Positions 46,352 to 55,743 of a stretch of DNA of 55,743 nucleotides are shown in pieces. The stretch comes from a virus. Taxonomy: Duplodnaviria > Caudoviricetes. A program made the translations under genes and the position numbers. The stretch is from the IMG/VR virus record IMGVR_UViG_3300046167_000092, positions 1-55,743 of that record, one strand, 5' to 3'. Position 1 is the first letter of the stretch. Each line of letters opens with the position of its first letter. Under the pieces are notes generated by a model. It saw only the letters and a program-made list of their open reading frames with translations, was not told where the DNA came from and searched no databases.

Positions 46352-48019
46352 TTAAAATGGTATGATATCTTCTTCTTTAGAGTTGAGCATTTCTAAATCC
46401 TCATACTCTGATAACCTACCTGTTTCTTTATCGTACACTAGAGAACAAGCCATGCCTACATCTCCTGTGTATCTTGATTTAAGTATACGAAGTTTAGTTG
46501 TTCTTGATTCTAAATCATCGTCTGACTGTTGATTTCTTTCTAGTGCTACAACACAGTCGGATAGTTGAGCAATACTGTTTGAACCACGAAGATGAGATAA
46601 GCTTACACTGATGCCATTCTCATGACCTTTGTTACCTTCGATTCTACGTAAGTGAGATACAAGAATAATACCTGCACCTGTTTCTTCAACCATGCTACGA
46701 AGTCTGTGCATGATACTGTCAATAGCTTTACGTTCATCTCCATCAAGCATAGAACTTACTAGCATATGTAAGTGGTCTACTACAACCCATTTACAATCAC
46801 AACCTACGATAAGATATCTAAGCTTTGCAAAGATAGCATCAATGTCGTTAGCACCAAAGTGAGCATGGATAAATACTCTATCATTGCTGAATACTTTATC
46901 AAACATGCTAGTAAGTTTAGCTTCTCCGTAATCATCACGAACACTGTCAATAAATAGTTTGTCACTAGCTTCGATAGAAAGTATACCGTCTACAGTACGC
47001 TTCCAGTCTTCTTCAAGTGCAATGATACCTACGTTGTCATCTGTCTGATTGATAAGCCAATGCTCAAGCTCTCTTGTAATACTAGACTTACCGAGACCAG
47101 TACCACCTGTAAGAGTTACAAGCTCACCTGCTCTAAGACCTAATAGCTTTTTGTTAAGACCTTCCCAAGGATAAGGCACACTCTGTTTACGTTCTCTGTT
47201 TAAGAAATCGTTTTGTTTCTCTGATACCCTGATGATACCACTTGGTGTGTAGACTTGTGCATCCCACCATGCTCTTGTAAAGTCTTGGTGTTTACCTTTG
47301 TTGAGCATATCGTTAGGGTCTTTGTAGCCATTAGGAAGCGTAACTATCTTTGCTTTTCCGGGCTTGATAATACTAGCTACCTTTTGTGAAGCTTCCATAC
47401 CTGCTTTGTCTTTGTCAAAACATATGACAACATTGTCAAAACTTTCTACGTACTCAAGGCTTTCTTTGATGTCTTTGACAGCCGAAGCTGCACCACGTTT
47501 GATAGACACTACTGCCCACTTACTACCAAGTAATTCGTAGGTAGCCATAGCATCACATTCTCCCTCAACAATCGTAAGATATTTACCACCTTCTTTGAAA
47601 AGGTTCTGACCAAACAATCCTGAGTCTTGTATAGTACCGTCAAACGAAAAGCGTTTGTCTCGTACATATCTAATCTTTGTAGCACACTGCTCGTGATTAA
47701 TGTAAAAGGGATAAAGGTGCTGTGCTAGTTGACCGTTTGCATCATACACAACCTTAACACCATACTTTTCTGCTGTCTCTTTAGATATATTTCTATCTGT
47801 AAGCTTTGCAAAGATACCACCATGTGCATTTACATTAGGCTTGGGTGTCGGTTGTTTGATATAGTTTGTCATTGGCGTTACGTTTCCCTCGTAGTTTGAA
47901 TAAAATTTGTCACAACTAAAACATTTTGCAGACCCGTCAGCGTTGACAGACACTGCATCTTTGCTACCACATTCGTGACACGGAACATGATACTTAATAA
48001 ATTTACTTTGTTCTTGCAT
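46352..48019 (-). CDS. Primase-helicase (T7 gp4-like)
   Basis: Zn finger C..C...C..C, TOPRIM VEGECDAM/FDKD, Walker A GGTGLGKS, VVDHL, LRGS. Confidence 0.95.
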   Translation of the reverse strand: MQEQSKFIKYHVPCHECGSKDAVSVNADGSAKCFSCDKFYSNYEGNVTPMTNYIKQPTPKPNVNAHGGIFAKLTDRNISKETAEKYGVKVVYDANGQLAQHLYPFYINHEQCATKIRYVRDKRFSFDGTIQDSGLFGQNLFKEGGKYLTIVEGECDAMATYELLGSKWAVVSIKRGAASAVKDIKESLEYVESFDNVVICFDKDKAGMEASQKVASIIKPGKAKIVTLPNGYKDPNDMLNKGKHQDFTRAWWDAQVYTPSGIIRVSEKQNDFLNRERKQSVPYPWEGLNKKLLGLRAGELVTLTGGTGLGKSSITRELEHWLINQTDDNVGIIALEEDWKRTVDGILSIEASDKLFIDSVRDDYGEAKLTSMFDKVFSNDRVFIHAHFGANDIDAIFAKLRYLIVGCDCKWVVVDHLHMLVSSMLDGDERKAIDSIMHRLRSMVEETGAGIILVSHLRRIEGNKGHENGISVSLSHLRGSNSIAQLSDCVVALERNQQSDDDLESRTTKLRILKSRYTGDVGMACSLVYDKETGRLSEYEDLEMLNSKEEDIIPF

Positions 48020-48039
48020 AATTACCCTCGTTGTTAAAT

Positions 48040-48071
48040 AAAAAAGCCACCCTGTTTTACGAGAGTGGCTT
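48040..48071 (-). terminator. Intrinsic terminator
   Basis: Minus strand aagccactct...gggtggc followed by a T run. Confidence 0.7.
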
Positions 48072-48094
48072 CGATTGGAGATATGAAAAGTTAA

Positions 48095-48349
48095 TTAGTC
48101 TTCTTCGCTAGAAGCTTCCTCATCAACTGTTTCTTCTTCAGACTCTACCACTGCTTCAGGAGTATCCTTTAAGAGGGTTTCAAGATTACCCCTATGTGCA
48201 GTACTCGCAAAGTTTAAAGCTTCTAAGATAACATCTAATGTGCCTACTTTACTGATAGTAACACGAGCATTATTCTTTATCTGTTCATCTTCGATTTGGT
48301 TCACATCATAAGACGTGACACCTTCATCATTTTGTATAGTAATAATCAT
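48095..48349 (-). CDS. Hypothetical acidic protein
   Basis: GAGG SD, follows SSB. Confidence 0.7.
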   Translation of the reverse strand: MIITIQNDEGVTSYDVNQIEDEQIKNNARVTISKVGTLDVILEALNFASTAHRGNLETLLKDTPEAVVESEEETVDEEASSEED

Positions 48350-48350
48350 A

Positions 48351-48803
48351 CTAAAATTCCTCCCCATCTCCAAATGGGTTTAGCTCAGCACCGTCCTGAG
48401 TTTTCAAAGCTACTAAGTCAATGACTTGCATAGCTTGAAAGTCCAAGCCTTTGAACTGACCATACTTGTTGTCGGTTTCCCACTCGTTGTATTGAACTTT
48501 GACATGAGAACCATTGCCCACTACGTCATCCATAGCGTTCTTCTCTTTATCAAAAAGCTTAGGTGCATTTCTTACCATACCATTTGGCCCGTTTACTTTT
48601 CTCTTTATTGTCAAGGCTCTACCCACAGGTGTTTGCCCACCATTCTCATCCTTAATGGATAAGTCTTTTATCTTGAAGCCACGAGCTTCAAAACTATTTG
48701 CAACCTCATTGTCTACAACTAAGTCAACTGTATACACAGGCTCAAATGTAGTGTTTGGGGTTGTTACTGAAGCCCAATAGGCTTTTCCTTCTAATACTGC
48801 CAT
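48351..48803 (-). CDS. ssb: Single-stranded DNA-binding protein (T7 gp2.5-like)
   Basis: YWASV..PNT.F, VGNGS.VKV, QAMQVIDLV, acidic tail ending in F. Confidence 0.8.
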   Translation of the reverse strand: MAVLEGKAYWASVTTPNTTFEPVYTVDLVVDNEVANSFEARGFKIKDLSIKDENGGQTPVGRALTIKRKVNGPNGMVRNAPKLFDKEKNAMDDVVGNGSHVKVQYNEWETDNKYGQFKGLDFQAMQVIDLVALKTQDGAELNPFGDGEEF

Positions 48804-48825
48804 ATAATTTCTCCTTTGTTGGCGT

Positions 48826-49044
48826 TTAATTGGGGTTATTATACCCTACTTCTTGTTGAATGTCAAGCATTATATCATCCATTGTATAACTACTTTCGTC
48901 ACAAAGTTTAACATAAAAGTCCTTGTCTTTCCAACGAACTTCGTATGCTATTTTGTTTTCGTATAGTTCTTTAAGGTGTTTGCTCAGCCACTCCTCAAAA
49001 TATCTAAATTGATTTCTATTTAGTTTTGTAAAACCTTCTTCCAT
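48826..49044 (-). CDS. Hypothetical protein
   Basis: GAGGAGG SD. Confidence 0.7.
   Translation of the reverse strand: MEEGFTKLNRNQFRYFEEWLSKHLKELYENKIAYEVRWKDKDFYVKLCDESSYTMDDIMLDIQQEVGYNNPN
48838..48866 (-). promoter_or_regulatory. Perfect sigma70 promoter TTGACA-17-TATAAT for the replication operon
   Basis: Minus strand TTGACAttcaacaagaagtagggTATAAT. Confidence 0.85.
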
Positions 49045-49340
49045 TATTCCTCCTCAGGTAATATGTTTCCTGTCAATACACCTACACCACCTGTAGCTGA
49101 TTGTTCTTGTGTATTAATAGAAGTTCTTAAAGCTTTATGAGTCATTTTTAATAGTTCAATATCTCTTTCAAGTTTTATAGAAGCTTCTTCTAAAGAAGTT
49201 ATCTTCCTATTAATAGTATCAATATCATTACTGTTGTTTAGTATATCATCATTGAGTACAATAACACTAGCATACATTGTTATGCCTACTACTATAACTA
49301 GTACTAGTTTAATTAAAAATAAGTTTATTTTATTTACCAT
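49044..49340 (-). CDS. N-terminal TM plus coiled-coil protein
   Basis: Hydrophobic residues 5-29, then a heptad pattern. Confidence 0.7.
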   Translation of the reverse strand: MVNKINLFLIKLVLVIVVGITMYASVIVLNDDILNNSNDIDTINRKITSLEEASIKLERDIELLKMTHKALRTSINTQEQSATGGVGVLTGNILPEEE

Positions 49341-49525
49341 TCTGTTACATCCTTTTTTCTTTTATCATTATATTTTACAACACGTCTACCACTTGCATAT
49401 CCTGTGATTTCACGTTCCCATTTAGAATCTTTAAAAGTTACTTCAATAAAACTAATATCTTTATCAAGCTGTTCTTCTTTTAGTTTTTCTTTTTGTTCTT
49501 CTACTATATCTTTGTACTGTGTCAT
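49334..49525 (-). CDS. Hypothetical protein
   Basis: Overlapping start/stop coupling. Confidence 0.65.
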   Translation of the reverse strand: MTQYKDIVEEQKEKLKEEQLDKDISFIEVTFKDSKWEREITGYASGRRVVKYNDKRKKDVTEW

Positions 49526-49866
49526 AGTGTTATGAACTCCATATAAGGTTCTTCTTTATGTCCTTCAGGCAACCATTCTACCATATCTTGAACCATTTGT
49601 AAATCTAAATTTGTACCTATTGTTTCTCCTTCATCATCATGAGAAAGTAACAAACCTTTACCTGCATACACTCTGTCATTCATAGTAAAGTACATTTGAT
49701 TATTCTTAAGTAATCCTTCATCATCTATATACATATCTTGTGTTTCATAGATACGAACACAGTCAAAAGTTGTACAGCCTGTAAGGGCATATATTTCTTT
49801 GTAGTTTCCTGTATAATCTACTTCAGTAATTGTTGTATCAAATGGGTTTATTAGTATTCCTTTCAT
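49522..49866 (-). CDS. DUF3846-like protein
   Basis: ILINP....I.EV, MYIDDEGLL, YAGKGLL...D.EGE. Confidence 0.7.
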   Translation of the reverse strand: MKGILINPFDTTITEVDYTGNYKEIYALTGCTTFDCVRIYETQDMYIDDEGLLKNNQMYFTMNDRVYAGKGLLLSHDDEGETIGTNLDLQMVQDMVEWLPEGHKEEPYMEFITL

Positions 49867-50066
49867 TTTGCTACCTCCATGGTATGTTGGTTATAATAAA
49901 TACTTTCAGCTATGAAGCTTAGTATTTCTTCTCTATCATCATCTGCATGTAGTTCATACAGATAACAAATCTCATCTATCTCATCTGTTAATAACAGTTT
50001 AGCATCATCTTCTAAGACCTGCTCATATATTTGTTCTAATGTTCTTTCGTTGTGTATGTTACTCAT
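49863..50066 (-). CDS. Hypothetical acidic protein
   Basis: MSNIHNER start with GGAGG SD. Confidence 0.7.
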   Translation of the reverse strand: MSNIHNERTLEQIYEQVLEDDAKLLLTDEIDEICYLYELHADDDREEILSFIAESIYYNQHTMEVAK

Positions 50067-50244
50067 TATCTTCCCTCCACGTTTCTTGTTCAATAAATTC
50101 TACCACACTGTCTCTAAGATTGCAAATAGTTGCAAACTGTTGGTGTTCAATGTCAATACTAGACACTCCATACTTTTCTAAAAGATTATAAAAATCATCT
50201 TGAAAGTTTATAAAATCATTATCTGTCATTTCTTTAGCTGTCAT
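50059..50244 (-). CDS. Hypothetical acidic protein
   Basis: MTAKEM start with GGAGG SD, coupled to the upstream stop. Confidence 0.7.
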   Translation of the reverse strand: MTAKEMTDNDFINFQDDFYNLLEKYGVSSIDIEHQQFATICNLRDSVVEFIEQETWREDNE

Positions 50245-50513
50245 CAGTTCAATCCCTCCACTTTGTGCCAATCCTCATCAAGGATAAGTACTTCTTCAAA
50301 GTTATGTTTATAATCTATGTCTAAGTCTTGCCAGTTTTCATACACCTTTTGAGTTCCGTCTTTAAAAGTTATGTGTAGGTCTGCTCTTAACAAGTCCCAA
50401 TCTTCTATATCGTCCCAGTCAATACCTAGTTCATCTAAATCCCAACTAAGATATGCACTGTATCTAGCTTCTATCTTCTTAGGTTTAGTTCCTTCTATCC
50501 AATCACTCATCAT
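50244..50513 (-). CDS. Hypothetical acidic protein (allele of 13-276)
   Basis: GGAGG SD; homolog in the left repeat. Confidence 0.75.
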   Translation of the reverse strand: MMSDWIEGTKPKKIEARYSAYLSWDLDELGIDWDDIEDWDLLRADLHITFKDGTQKVYENWQDLDIDYKHNFEEVLILDEDWHKVEGLN

Positions 50514-50670
50514 CTTCCTCCCATGTTTTTACTTCTGTTATTTCTAAAGTGTCTTTATATACACCCCACCTATCCCACATAATATCTATAGCATGTTCTT
50601 TGCTTTCAGCATAGTCATCTAAAGAATCTATCTGAACAGTTGTGCTTACTGTTATCTCATATACTTTCAT
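50503..50670 (-). CDS. Small protein (55 aa, MKVYEITVST...), right repeat only
   Basis: Hand translation, AGGAG SD, ATGA coupling. Confidence 0.6.
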   Translation of the reverse strand: MKVYEITVSTTVQIDSLDDYAESKEHAIDIMWDRWGVYKDTLEITEVKTWEEDDE

Positions 50671-50822
50671 GTTATCTCCTGTGTTGTGTCTATCTCATCT
50701 ACCATATCCCATACATCATCAAAGGCTTCTTCTACTTTGACATCACATATCTTACTTTCTACTTCAATATGTAAGATGTTTAAAAGTTCTCTGAAGTCAC
50801 ACCATTGTTTATATGTCATCAT
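50667..50822 (-). CDS. Small protein (51 aa, MMTYKQWCDF...), right repeat only
   Basis: Hand translation, AGGAGG SD. Confidence 0.6.
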   Translation of the reverse strand: MMTYKQWCDFRELLNILHIEVESKICDVKVEEAFDDVWDMVDEIDTTQEIT

Positions 50823-50829
50823 CTACCTC

Positions 50830-51657
50830 CTATGCTGTTTGTATTACAAAGCCACTAGTATCTTTACGTGCTTTGCCCTTTGCTTTCAGACCAACAATCA
50901 CATTGCTCTTATCTAAAAATCTTAAATCACTTTCATCACCATTGACTACCTCTCTACCTTTGAAATAGATAGGCATATCACCATTGAATACAACTGCTAT
51001 GTTGTAAGCAATCTTGTCGAACAGATTGGCGTACTTCATATTAGCTTCTGAGTAGCTCCATGTCAAGTGATAGTTTTTATGTTGCTCTACTTTTCTTGTA
51101 GGTATCTTGGTGTAATCATAGAACTGTACATCAGGAAATAACTCAAAGATATTTTTAGCTTCTCGCCAACCTAAGTCTACAAGTTCTTTACACGGTTTCC
51201 ATTCAGGGTGTCCATAGCCTTCAAAGTATTCTGCATATTCTTGAAGTAAATACATTTGTGAAATACCATAGTGAGTATTCTTTGTAGGTATAGTTTCCCA
51301 TTGTATGTCACTAGTACCATTCAATCTTATGCAAGGAAGCTTATCTTTCTTTTCACAGTATCTTACAAACTTCATGATGTCTGTAATCAGGTAAGACATG
51401 AAGGTTTCTTTGTCCTCCAAATACAAATTAGTCTTACGCTTTCTAGCTTCTTGTATGACATTAGTGGTTTCACCCTTCTTTATAATGCCACCTCTACCTG
51501 CTGTATTTAGACAGGCTTCCTTGCACCCTGCAATATCCTGATAAGGACATATCTTGGTATTGATTGGACTCAAATGCATGATAGCAGTCAAGTAATTACT
51601 TATCTTCTCACCCTTTAAAACTTTAGGGTTGTTAAAACTCAATAGTTTGTAACTCAT
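50830..51657 (-). CDS. Gp88-like protein (Cys-motif, radical-SAM-like family), intact allele
   Basis: ICP...AGCKEACL, IRLNGTSDI.W, QFYDYTK, GDESDLRFLD, GLKAKG. Confidence 0.75.
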   Translation of the reverse strand: MSYKLLSFNNPKVLKGEKISNYLTAIMHLSPINTKICPYQDIAGCKEACLNTAGRGGIIKKGETTNVIQEARKRKTNLYLEDKETFMSYLITDIMKFVRYCEKKDKLPCIRLNGTSDIQWETIPTKNTHYGISQMYLLQEYAEYFEGYGHPEWKPCKELVDLGWREAKNIFELFPDVQFYDYTKIPTRKVEQHKNYHLTWSYSEANMKYANLFDKIAYNIAVVFNGDMPIYFKGREVVNGDESDLRFLDKSNVIVGLKAKGKARKDTSGFVIQTA

Positions 51658-51658
51658 A

Positions 51659-51871
51659 TTATTCCTCCTCTATGCTTTTAAATCTTACAACTTCTGATGA
51701 ATGTAAATATTCTTGAAAGTTGTAAAAGTAATCTTCATTTCTATTAGCTATATGTTGGTTCTCATCACTACCTGCATACCTTATAGCTTGTGCTTCATTC
51801 TCTGCGTCAACTTCTATAGTTGCTACATAATGTCTTTCTACTTCTATTAAGTAAGTTCCTTCTTTTGTCAT
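51659..51871 (-). CDS. Hypothetical protein, right repeat only
   Basis: MTKEGTYLIEV...IEVDAENEAQA; ATGA coupling. Confidence 0.7.
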   Translation of the reverse strand: MTKEGTYLIEVERHYVATIEVDAENEAQAIRYAGSDENQHIANRNEDYFYNFQEYLHSSEVVRFKSIEEE

Positions 51872-52047
51872 ACTAATTGCTCCATTCTTGTAGGTAAAAC
51901 AAATACTGAATGACAGTGAGAACAACATCTACCTTTTGCATAAGGCTCTGCGTTGTCTCCCTGATTCCAATATACTTTACCTTCAGGTGTTTTCTTTTGT
52001 TCTATATCACCTTCACAGATGACACATTCTAATACTTCATCAAACAT
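51868..52047 (-). CDS. Small Zn-finger-like protein (59 aa), right repeat only
   Basis: Hand translation CVICEG...NAEP...GRCCSHC; GGAG SD. Confidence 0.7.
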   Translation of the reverse strand: MFDEVLECVICEGDIEQKKTPEGKVYWNQGDNAEPYAKGRCCSHCHSVFVLPTRMEQLV

Positions 52048-52195
52048 ATTTTATCTCCGTTAAGTTAAAAGAGGCACTTTAAAGTGATACCTAGCACTTT
52101 TAGTGTGTTGGAAAACGGTTTCTAGCACTTACTCCAACTCTCAACCTATGACCACGTTTAAGGATTTTATAATAGGCTCGTTCAACACTAAACTT

Positions 52196-52600
52196 TTATG
52201 CAAACATTCTTCTGAATGACATACCTAACCTAGCAAAGAAGCTGTTAGTTGTGTAATATTCATAGTCGTTTACAACTTCTAAAGTATCTTGAACATCAAT
52301 GTTTGAAGCTACTTCAAGTATTTGCATACCTTTGTTATCCTTACCAAGAGGTGTTCGCCTTACAAAATGTAAAGGTCTACTTGGTTTAGGTTTCTGATTA
52401 TATATAGATACTTTACCTGAATGATAACCCTCAAAAGTATCTCCTGTAGTAATCTCATGCCTTTCTTTACTAGCTCTAACTCTAGCAATGTTTACACCTA
52501 GAATATTTAGTTCATTCCAAAGTGTTTGAATACTTTGTGGTGCTTTTTCGATTGATACAACAGTTTTTGTATCTCTTTTTCCATAGACGATTTTCGCCAT
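52196..52600 (-). CDS. Hypothetical early protein (copy of 1402-1806)
   Basis: Three aa differences from the left copy. Confidence 0.85.
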   Translation of the reverse strand: MAKIVYGKRDTKTVVSIEKAPQSIQTLWNELNILGVNIARVRASKERHEITTGDTFEGYHSGKVSIYNQKPKPSRPLHFVRRTPLGKDNKGMQILEVASNIDVQDTLEVVNDYEYYTTNSFFARLGMSFRRMFA

Positions 52601-52883
52601 AATATATCTCCATATTTTTAGTTAAAATTAAGGTGCTAGTTGGTTTATTTACTACTCAAACTAGCAGAAAGAGTATTTCAGGACTGTTTCCTAGACTTCT
52701 TTTGTATTTCATCTGTATAACAGTAATCCCTAGAGACCAAGCGATATTATTATTGTGCTTAAAGTTAAAACAGTAATTCAGTTTTACTTTGCTACACCTT
52801 GTGCTTGATGTCCTATAGTTTACATCTTCAAGAAAGCATTTTTTAATTAAATAATTTATGCCTTACATCTTTTCGGATTCGGT

Positions 52884-53090
52884 TTAGTATACTTCTTTAG
52901 AATATACTAGCTTAGAAGCAGAAGCATTATCTAAAAACAAATCTAATTTTGTTTCTTCTGTAATGTAGTCATTCAATTCAAAGTCATATTTTTTACTATG
53001 TATGACTATATCTCTACAAAGATATGAATCTCCTTTGTTTACTTTTTTCACTTCAATTTTAGTTACTCTATGTATTCTTATTTCTGCCAT
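52884..53090 (-). CDS. Hypothetical early protein (divergent allele of 2116-2322)
   Basis: Same length, 45/68 identical by hand count. Confidence 0.8.
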   Translation of the reverse strand: MAEIRIHRVTKIEVKKVNKGDSYLCRDIVIHSKKYDFELNDYITEETKLDLFLDNASASKLVYSKEVY

Positions 53091-53197
53091 GTTTATTTCC
53101 TTTTAGTTGTTTAGTCTTAGTAGACCTGTTAGTTAATTGCCCCACTACAATAGCAAATCCAATCGGAGTTGTCAAGAGGAATAGGGCATATAAGTAT

Positions 53198-53485
53198 TTA
53201 ATGTACGATTTTTAAATGACTTTTATTATGTAATTTACTTTCTTCTTTATAAGCAAGTTTATCTTCTTCAGAAACATTATCCCAATCATTATATGATAAA
53301 TAAGGATTTTCAATGATATCAAAAGAAACTTTAGCTTTAGCTACTATGCTTGTAAATTCTGTAATTAATTCTAATAAATCTTCTTTATCTAAATTAAATA
53401 AAAGATTTTCATAAGCTTCAAAGCCTTCCATGTCTGAAAGTCTTGTAAACTCTTCTATTTTATCGAAATATTCTATTGCTTTCAT
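53198..53485 (-). CDS. Copy of 2430-2717
   Basis: Identical translation. Confidence 0.8.
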   Translation of the reverse strand: MKAIEYFDKIEEFTRLSDMEGFEAYENLLFNLDKEDLLELITEFTSIVAKAKVSFDIIENPYLSYNDWDNVSEEDKLAYKEESKLHNKSHLKIVH

Positions 53486-53495
53486 ATGTTTACTC

Positions 53496-53771
53496 CTATA
53501 TTTTCTCTATGTTCCAAACAGTTCCCTGCTCCATAGATGTTTTGTTTAAATAATCAAAAGTTGACGTAACTTTCACCCAACCAAATCTACCCTGATAAAT
53601 CATAGACCTATCTTCTTTCATGTTGAAAGCTTGTCTAAACCTGTAACCCTTTGATTTAAGGTAGACTTTTGCCTTCTCCAAGCTATTAAACCTTACAGGT
53701 TTTCTTGTTTGAGAGTCGACAATTGTTGCCATGTTTTGTAATCCATTTGGATTTTCACATTTCTTTTTCAT
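53496..53771 (-). CDS. Copy of 2728-3003
   Basis: Identical translation. Confidence 0.8.
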   Translation of the reverse strand: MKKKCENPNGLQNMATIVDSQTRKPVRFNSLEKAKVYLKSKGYRFRQAFNMKEDRSMIYQGRFGWVKVTSTFDYLNKTSMEQGTVWNIEKI

Positions 53772-53773
53772 AT

Positions 53774-53995
53774 TTACACCTCCATGTAATTGAATTGGTC
53801 ATCATCAATGACGCTGTTAGCTTCTAATTCTAAGCAGAACTCCACAGTATCTAAGTAGTCTTGTTCTACAAGACTTTCATCAGAGCAGTCTATAAGTTCA
53901 TCATGTTTTATTTCATCAAACCTAACTTCAAGGCAGTCAAGGTCTGTGTAATATTCAAGTTCATCAGTTCTTTGTTTTTCGTTGGCTATTGCCAT
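53774..53995 (-). CDS. Copy of 3006-3227
   Basis: Identical translation. Confidence 0.8.
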   Translation of the reverse strand: MAIANEKQRTDELEYYTDLDCLEVRFDEIKHDELIDCSDESLVEQDYLDTVEFCLELEANSVIDDDQFNYMEV

Positions 53996-54116
53996 AATCG
54001 TTCTCCATTGGTTGATTGCCCTATCACATTAATCGATTGGACAAGAGTTGTCAAGTGAAAGTACACATGTAAAGCATAAACATAAAATACTTTACATGTG
54101 ATGTATAAATAAATAT

Positions 54117-54473
54117 TTACCAAGACAGTCTGCTTGGCTCATAGTTGAAATCTTTAGGGTTACTTGTAAAACCATAATCTTTCCACCATGCTCTAGGTCT
54201 TGAATACTTACCTGTTTCATTATAAACTTTGCAGGAAGCGTCAGTCATTGAGTCTCTACGCCATTGAAGAAACGCATGAACTTTAAATTTTGCCAAAGGC
54301 ATTCTTACTTTGTGAACATTTGACCTCATAGTTACCCATTTTCTACCCACTTTTATTTCATAACCACGATAGCCATATTTACCAACAAAGTTGGTATAGA
54401 AGTGGTCAGACATCTTAGGATTTAAAAGCCTTTCCATACGAGTTTCGCTAATTGCATTTACTAGATTTTCCAT
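54117..54473 (-). CDS. Allele of 3349-3705
   Basis: Five aa substitutions. Confidence 0.85.
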   Translation of the reverse strand: MENLVNAISETRMERLLNPKMSDHFYTNFVGKYGYRGYEIKVGRKWVTMRSNVHKVRMPLAKFKVHAFLQWRRDSMTDASCKVYNETGKYSRPRAWWKDYGFTSNPKDFNYEPSRLSW

Positions 54474-54938
54474 ATATTTCCTGTGAACTCAATAGTTCGG
54501 TTGAAGCAGTCAGCGACATTGCTGATTTGCCCAACTAGTTTAGAGCCTGTTTTTGAAGTTGTCAAGGAGGAACTGTGTGCGTAAACATGTTCTAACAGGC
54601 ACATGTATAAATACAAACTTTATGTGATTTCTGATGTAAATTATTTACATGTTTATGCGTAAAGTTTCGCCCTGCCATCAAGGGTCAGATGTAAAGATTT
54701 TACACACACAGCACATGTAAAGCTTACGTGTAGGCGATTTGGAACTGCTGGTCTACTTTTTTGAGGTCAGATTTAGGGCAAAATAAATTATCACGCCTGT
54801 TGTCGCAGGAAGAATATTATTCTACGCAGGACAATCGCACATGTAATTAATTTGCAATTTTCGGAAAACTGTGAGTACAATGTTTCGGCAAATCAATGTC
54901 GGTTTGCATAAATAGTCCCTTGGACTAAGGATGTTTTT

Positions 54939-55217
54939 ATCAAAAATTCAACTCAAACTACGTTTACTCCTACTAACCCTAAAGCTAAAGCTTCCTACGG
55001 AATGGTCAGAAAGATTGCTTCGCAGTTCAGCAAAGCTGAGAAGTGTCCAAAGGACATCAAATGGGGAACAATTCATGGTCATTTCTTACAGAAATTAAAT
55101 GACACAAAGTCTCCATTGACCCAAGGTCAAGTAGTTAAAATCTTAGCTATGAAGTCCTTGCCTTCGGCAGACTTGAAGGCTATGCGTTCTTACAAGAAAC
55201 TTGTAAGTCTTGCATAG
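54939..55217 (+). CDS. Copy of 4170-4448 (start ATC 54939 or ATG 55002)
   Basis: Same translation as the left copy from the ATC onward. Confidence 0.7.
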   Translation: MKNSTQTTFTPTNPKAKASYGMVRKIASQFSKAEKCPKDIKWGTIHGHFLQKLNDTKSPLTQGQVVKILAMKSLPSADLKAMRSYKKLVSLA

Positions 55218-55743
55218 TAGCTAAAGCTACTCACTAAGAAGACCCTTCGGGGTCTTTTTTTTGGCCTAAAATAACCTAAAGTCTTTAAAAGACTTCAACA
55301 CATACAGAGACTTTGAAAGTCTCCCTAATAGGCCGTCAATTGTTTTCAGCACCCAAATCATAGATTTGTCCTACGGAAACACACATACACCCTACACAGC
55401 ATAACAAGTTCACAGGAAGCTTTATAAGCTTTCCTAGGCTCTTGTTTACATGAGGTGAAGGTTATCATCAACCATAGGTTGAAAAGCTTTGTAATGGCTT
55501 TAGAATGCTGTATAGCTTGGTAAACTCTTTAGAGTTTGTAGAGTTATAGAATAGACGTATATTTTCTATGAAAATCTTGGAAACTTCAGAGAACTCTTAA
55601 GCCTTTGGCTTAGACTTGGTAGATTTTGGTAAGTTCTGTAGAGTCTTTAAAGTCTAGTAAGACTTTAAGTTGGGAATAATTTCATTAGCTTGGTAAACTC
55701 TATAGAGTTTAGTAGGGGAGGCAAGACCCACCCACCCCCACCC

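Larger units (their letters stand above)
50244..55743. repeat. Right copy of terminal redundancy
   Basis: Same gene order as 1-4974. The window ends at ...ggcaagacccacccacccccaccc, identical to 4951-4974. Confidence 0.95.

Overview
A complete or near-complete genome of an AT-rich, podovirus-like dsDNA phage, probably marine and infecting a Gram-negative host (inferred from gene families). Unit length is about 50.8 kb: the last base, 55743, matches 4974, an offset of 50,769. The ends carry a ~5 kb terminal redundancy whose two copies are NOT identical; they hold different alleles and different accessory genes. The + strand late arm runs terS, basic mini-proteins, terL, portal, scaffold, major capsid protein, tail adaptor and nozzle, a long tail fibre with an S74 chaperone, then ejection proteins (one with a GH73 hydrolase). 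It ends in a compact module of membrane proteins, CsgF, CsgG, a curlin-like protein, a FecR-domain protein and a CHASE2 class III adenylate cyclase. This module looks like a phage-encoded trans-envelope secretion/signalling system and is the best candidate for an undescribed system. The - strand arm holds small early genes with strong sigma70 promoters and structured intergenic RNAs, then SSB, a T7-like primase-helicase, PolA (Tyr762 type), nucleases and class I RNR. I found no RNA polymerase, integrase, tRNA, CRISPR array or stand-alone endolysin. Several +1 frameshifts are probably long-read errors. All family assignments come from motif recognition by eye, not from database searches.
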